The notes beneath the pieces were generated by a model. The model was given only the letters and a program-made list of their open reading frames with translations. It had not been told where the DNA came from and made no database searches. Below, in pieces: positions 61,213 to 64,000 of a stretch of 64,000 bases of DNA (within the stretch, counting starts at the first letter, position 1; each line of letters begins with the position of its first letter). Made by a program: the position numbers and the translations under genes. Origin of the DNA: an uncultured bacterium (lineage in GTDB: Bacteria; Bacteroidota; Ignavibacteria; Kapaibacteriales; UBA2268); contig OW818676.1 in assembly GCA_942493235.1 (NCBI GenBank), positions 4,151,820-4,215,819 on the forward strand, given 5' to 3'.

Positions 61213-61586
61213 TCCGGAACTTCCGTTGGATAGTGGCGTTTGTAAAATCTGTTCTTTCCTTCCAACAGCGTTAGATGTTGAACATTGGTAACATAGACTT
61301 GTCCTTGCTCATTTTCTTGGTGGGAGCAGAGTCAAGACTAATGTTTTTACACATTTAAAACAACGAAGAGCCATGCTCTATTTCAATTTGTTAATGGTAT
61401 TTCAGCAAAATTAATTATGATTTTTGATAGGAGATATATTCTGTTCACGTTTATTATTTTTAGTTAAATAGCTATCATAGATTTCTGCTATACTCTTTAA
61501 TCTGTAATCCCATAGTTTCGATTGTTTTTTAACGAAAAAAAAAGTATATTGTATCTGTTATTTTGGACTCTGTGAAAATATACATT

Positions 61587-64000
61587 ATGAACGATGAAAA
61601 TTTGATTTATAGTATTTTTAACGACATAGAAGAAATCCTTTTAGTACTTGATTATAATGCCAATATAATTAGCTGCAATGATATTGCTGTTAGTAAATTA
61701 GCATTTCAGAAAGATGATATTATCTCTAAAAGTATTTATAGCTTTCATCATCGTTACCAAGTCAATGCGGCAAAAAAAATATTTTCCGAAATAATAGATG
61801 GAAATACCAAATTATATAATACGGCTTTAGTTGCCGCTAATCGCCAAGTAATTGAAATAGAGGGAAAAGCTACTCGTCAAAACTGGAATGGCAGCCCCGC
61901 AATTATCCTTATTATTTGCGATATTACTAATAAAAGCAGAGACATCAGTAGATTAAAATATAATTTAGATAAATATTCTACTCTTTTTCATTCGAGCCCG
62001 GCTCTTTCTGCTTTAACTTCATTAAGAGATGGTAGAATTATTGATGTAAACAAAACATTTCTCAATACTTTGGGCTACGAAAGAGAAGAGATAGTCGGCA
62101 AGACCACTCATGATATTAATCTCTACAAGTTCAATGAAGATAGAAAGCGAATGATAGAGCTGATTAACACTAATAACAAAATCAGCAATTTATTAGTTAC
62201 CATAATGACTAAAAGCAGGATGCCGCTTCAAGGTGCATTCTATATGGAGAAAATTACTTTCTATGGCGAAGAATGCCTTATTACTGTAGTAAATGATTTA
62301 AGTAAAAATTTCGAACCGAACAAAGAGCTTTTGGAGTATGATAAAAGATTTAAGACCGTACTTAACAATGTAGAAACATTTATCGTGGTCAGCGAATTAT
62401 ATACAAATAAAGTGCTACATATCAATAAATTCACCGAAGATATTATTGGCAATGTAATCGGTACCGAAGTAAACGGTCTGATGAGAGATAACCCATATCC
62501 GATAAATGATTTTCCGATAAATAAATTTCTTAGTGCCGACGGTCAGATGCCGCTCGACGTATGCGTTTGGGAATATTATAATAATACTATAAACAAATGG
62601 TTTGAAATCTGGGACAGAGCTATTACCTGGGTTGACGGTAGATTAGTTCGTCTCGAAATTGCTAACGACATCAGTTATCGTAAAAAAATCGAATCAGACT
62701 TGATAGAAAGCAAAGAACAATATAAATATGTAATCAATAGCATTAAAGAAGTAATATTTAGAACTAATTCGGAGGGACTTTGGACTTTTCTAAACCCCGC
62801 ATGGACGGAACTCTCAAGCTATACTGTTGAAGAAAGCTTAGGCTGCTTATTCCTTAGCTATGTCCATCCCGAAGATAGAGAGCAATATATGGAGACTTTC
62901 AAGCCTTTGATAGAAAAGAAAAAAGACTATTGCAGGCATGAAATCAGATACCTAAATAAAAATGGCGGTTATAAATGGGTAGAAGTCTATGCCAGATTAA
63001 CAATTGATGATAATGGCAAACCAACCGGTACTGCCGGCACTTTAAAAGATATTACTAATCGTAAAAATATTGAATCTCTGATAAAAAATCAAAATGAGTA
63101 CCTTAGCAATATATTAAACTCAATTCCGATTAATATTTTTATCAAAAATGATATTGGTCAATTTTCATTTGTAAACAAGCATACCTCCGATATAATGAAT
63201 ATTAAAATTAATGATTTCTTGGGTAAGAACGACTATGAAATATTCCCTTTTGAAATAGCGGACAAATTAGTAAAATCTGATAATTATGTCCGATCTACGG
63301 GAATAGATATAATTAATGAAGAAGAAGAATTGGTAATTAGAAATAAAACTCATTATACAATTGCCGGGAAAAAGATTATTCACGACATGTACAATGAGCG
63401 ATTACTGCTCGGATATTCTATAGATATTACCGATAGAAAAATCATGGAGCATAAAATTGCATTTATGAATGATTTATATGGCATAATAACCGATATTTCA
63501 ACAAATCTCATAAATTCAAGTACAGATAAAATTGATTTTCATATTAACAATTCTATAAAAAAAATATCTACTTTCTTATCTGCACAATCTTCACTTATTT
63601 TTAAATTCATTGAAGATAATTCGCTTACTATCGCTTACCAACAGATTTTTTCCGAGAGCTCAATGGCTAACTACGACATTATCGGCTCAGACATCGATAC
63701 CCTAAAATCGAATTTATTATCTAAGGAGCATATAATAATTGATAAAGAAGTCAATAGCATTACACATAAATTCTTGTTTGTTCCGCTTTTCTGCACCGAT
63801 ATTCTAATCGGAGGCTTAGTGTTTGAATTTAGCGAGATTGAAAGTATTAAAGATTTAGGAACAATTAAGCTTATTAGAATGGTAGCCGAAATTATAGCCG
63901 GAAGCTTGCAGAGAATTGAATTCGAGAAGGAATTAATTATTTCTAAAGACATAGCAGAATCAGCCAATGTAGTTAAATCGGAATTCCTTGCTAATATAAG
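61587..64000 (+). CDS. Multi-PAS/GAF sensor histidine kinase, 3' end beyond the window (not in ORF track because no stop is reached)
   Basis: Manual translation from ATG 61587 is open to the window end and finishes ...ESANVVKSEFLANI, the start of a HisKA H-box; PAS-like segments, e.g. NKNGGYKWVEVYARLTIDDNGKPTGTAGTLKDITNRK. Confidence 0.7.
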   Translation, partial: MNDENLIYSIFNDIEEILLVLDYNANIISCNDIAVSKLAFQKDDIISKSIYSFHHRYQVNAAKKIFSEIIDGNTKLYNTALVAANRQVIEIEGKATRQNWNGSPAIILIICDITNKSRDISRLKYNLDKYSTLFHSSPALSALTSLRDGRIIDVNKTFLNTLGYEREEIVGKTTHDINLYKFNEDRKRMIELINTNNKISNLLVTIMTKSRMPLQGAFYMEKITFYGEECLITVVNDLSKNFEPNKELLEYDKRFKTVLNNVETFIVVSELYTNKVLHINKFTEDIIGNVIGTEVNGLMRDNPYPINDFPINKFLSADGQMPLDVCVWEYYNNTINKWFEIWDRAITWVDGRLVRLEIANDISYRKKIESDLIESKEQYKYVINSIKEVIFRTNSEGLWTFLNPAWTELSSYTVEESLGCLFLSYVHPEDREQYMETFKPLIEKKKDYCRHEIRYLNKNGGYKWVEVYARLTIDDNGKPTGTAGTLKDITNRKNIESLIKNQNEYLSNILNSIPINIFIKNDIGQFSFVNKHTSDIMNIKINDFLGKNDYEIFPFEIADKLVKSDNYVRSTGIDIINEEEELVIRNKTHYTIAGKKIIHDMYNERLLLGYSIDITDRKIMEHKIAFMNDLYGIITDISTNLINSSTDKIDFHINNSIKKISTFLSAQSSLIFKFIEDNSLTIAYQQIFSESSMANYDIIGSDIDTLKSNLLSKEHIIIDKEVNSITHKFLFVPLFCTDILIGGLVFEFSEIESIKDLGTIKLIRMVAEIIAGSLQRIEFEKELIISKDIAESANVVKSEFLANI

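Noticed and set aside
62261-63967. Small minus-strand ORFs (63 and 98 aa)
   Set aside because: Antisense to the long PAS-kinase reading frame that is open from 61587 to the window end.

Overview
This is an AT-rich window, apparently from a Bacteroidota/FCB-group type chromosome. The lineage guess rests on three proteins ending in T9SS (type IX secretion) C-terminal sorting domains, a Fibrobacter-succinogenes-paralogous-domain protein, a BatD/BatE-like gene pair, and a GroEL with a GGM-type C-terminal tail. It is mostly housekeeping and sensory genes: groES-groEL with a perfect CIRCE (HrcA) operator, tadA, rsmI, bfr, crcB, a cyclophilin, lgt, uppP, tilS, rny, zapA, lnt, trxA and radA. Sensor kinases are unusually dense. 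A ~2040-aa REC-multiPAS-HisKA hybrid kinase overlaps a REC-HisKA kinase by 8 nt and is followed by a 1371-aa sensor kinase carrying three C-terminal receiver domains. There is also a LytS/LytTR pair, a 7TM sensor kinase, and a multi-PAS kinase that runs off the window end and is missing from the ORF track. Accessory content includes three tandem diverged small lipoprotein paralogs, an intact IS5-family element, an ISL3 transposase remnant, an IS1634-family element, and a type III polyketide synthase paired with an ICMT-family membrane methyltransferase (BpsA/BpsB-like). Two secreted peptidases (S8 and M1) carry T9SS tails, and a TonB-dependent receptor sits next to a lipoprotein. Features not explained by standard annotation are: (1) tilS is one uninterrupted 1397-codon frame whose N-terminal ~900 aa is a disordered N/Q/K-rich domain encoded by 48-bp and ~90-bp tandem repeats; (2) at least three families of short GC-rich dispersed intergenic repeats or hairpins, including a 26-bp-stem palindromic element present at both ends of groESL; (3) a ~210-nt region between zapA and rny with a terminal helix, which could be a 6S-like RNA; (4) a GC-rich hairpin island next to the IS1634 element. 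All calls come from reading the sequence by eye; no similarity searches were run.
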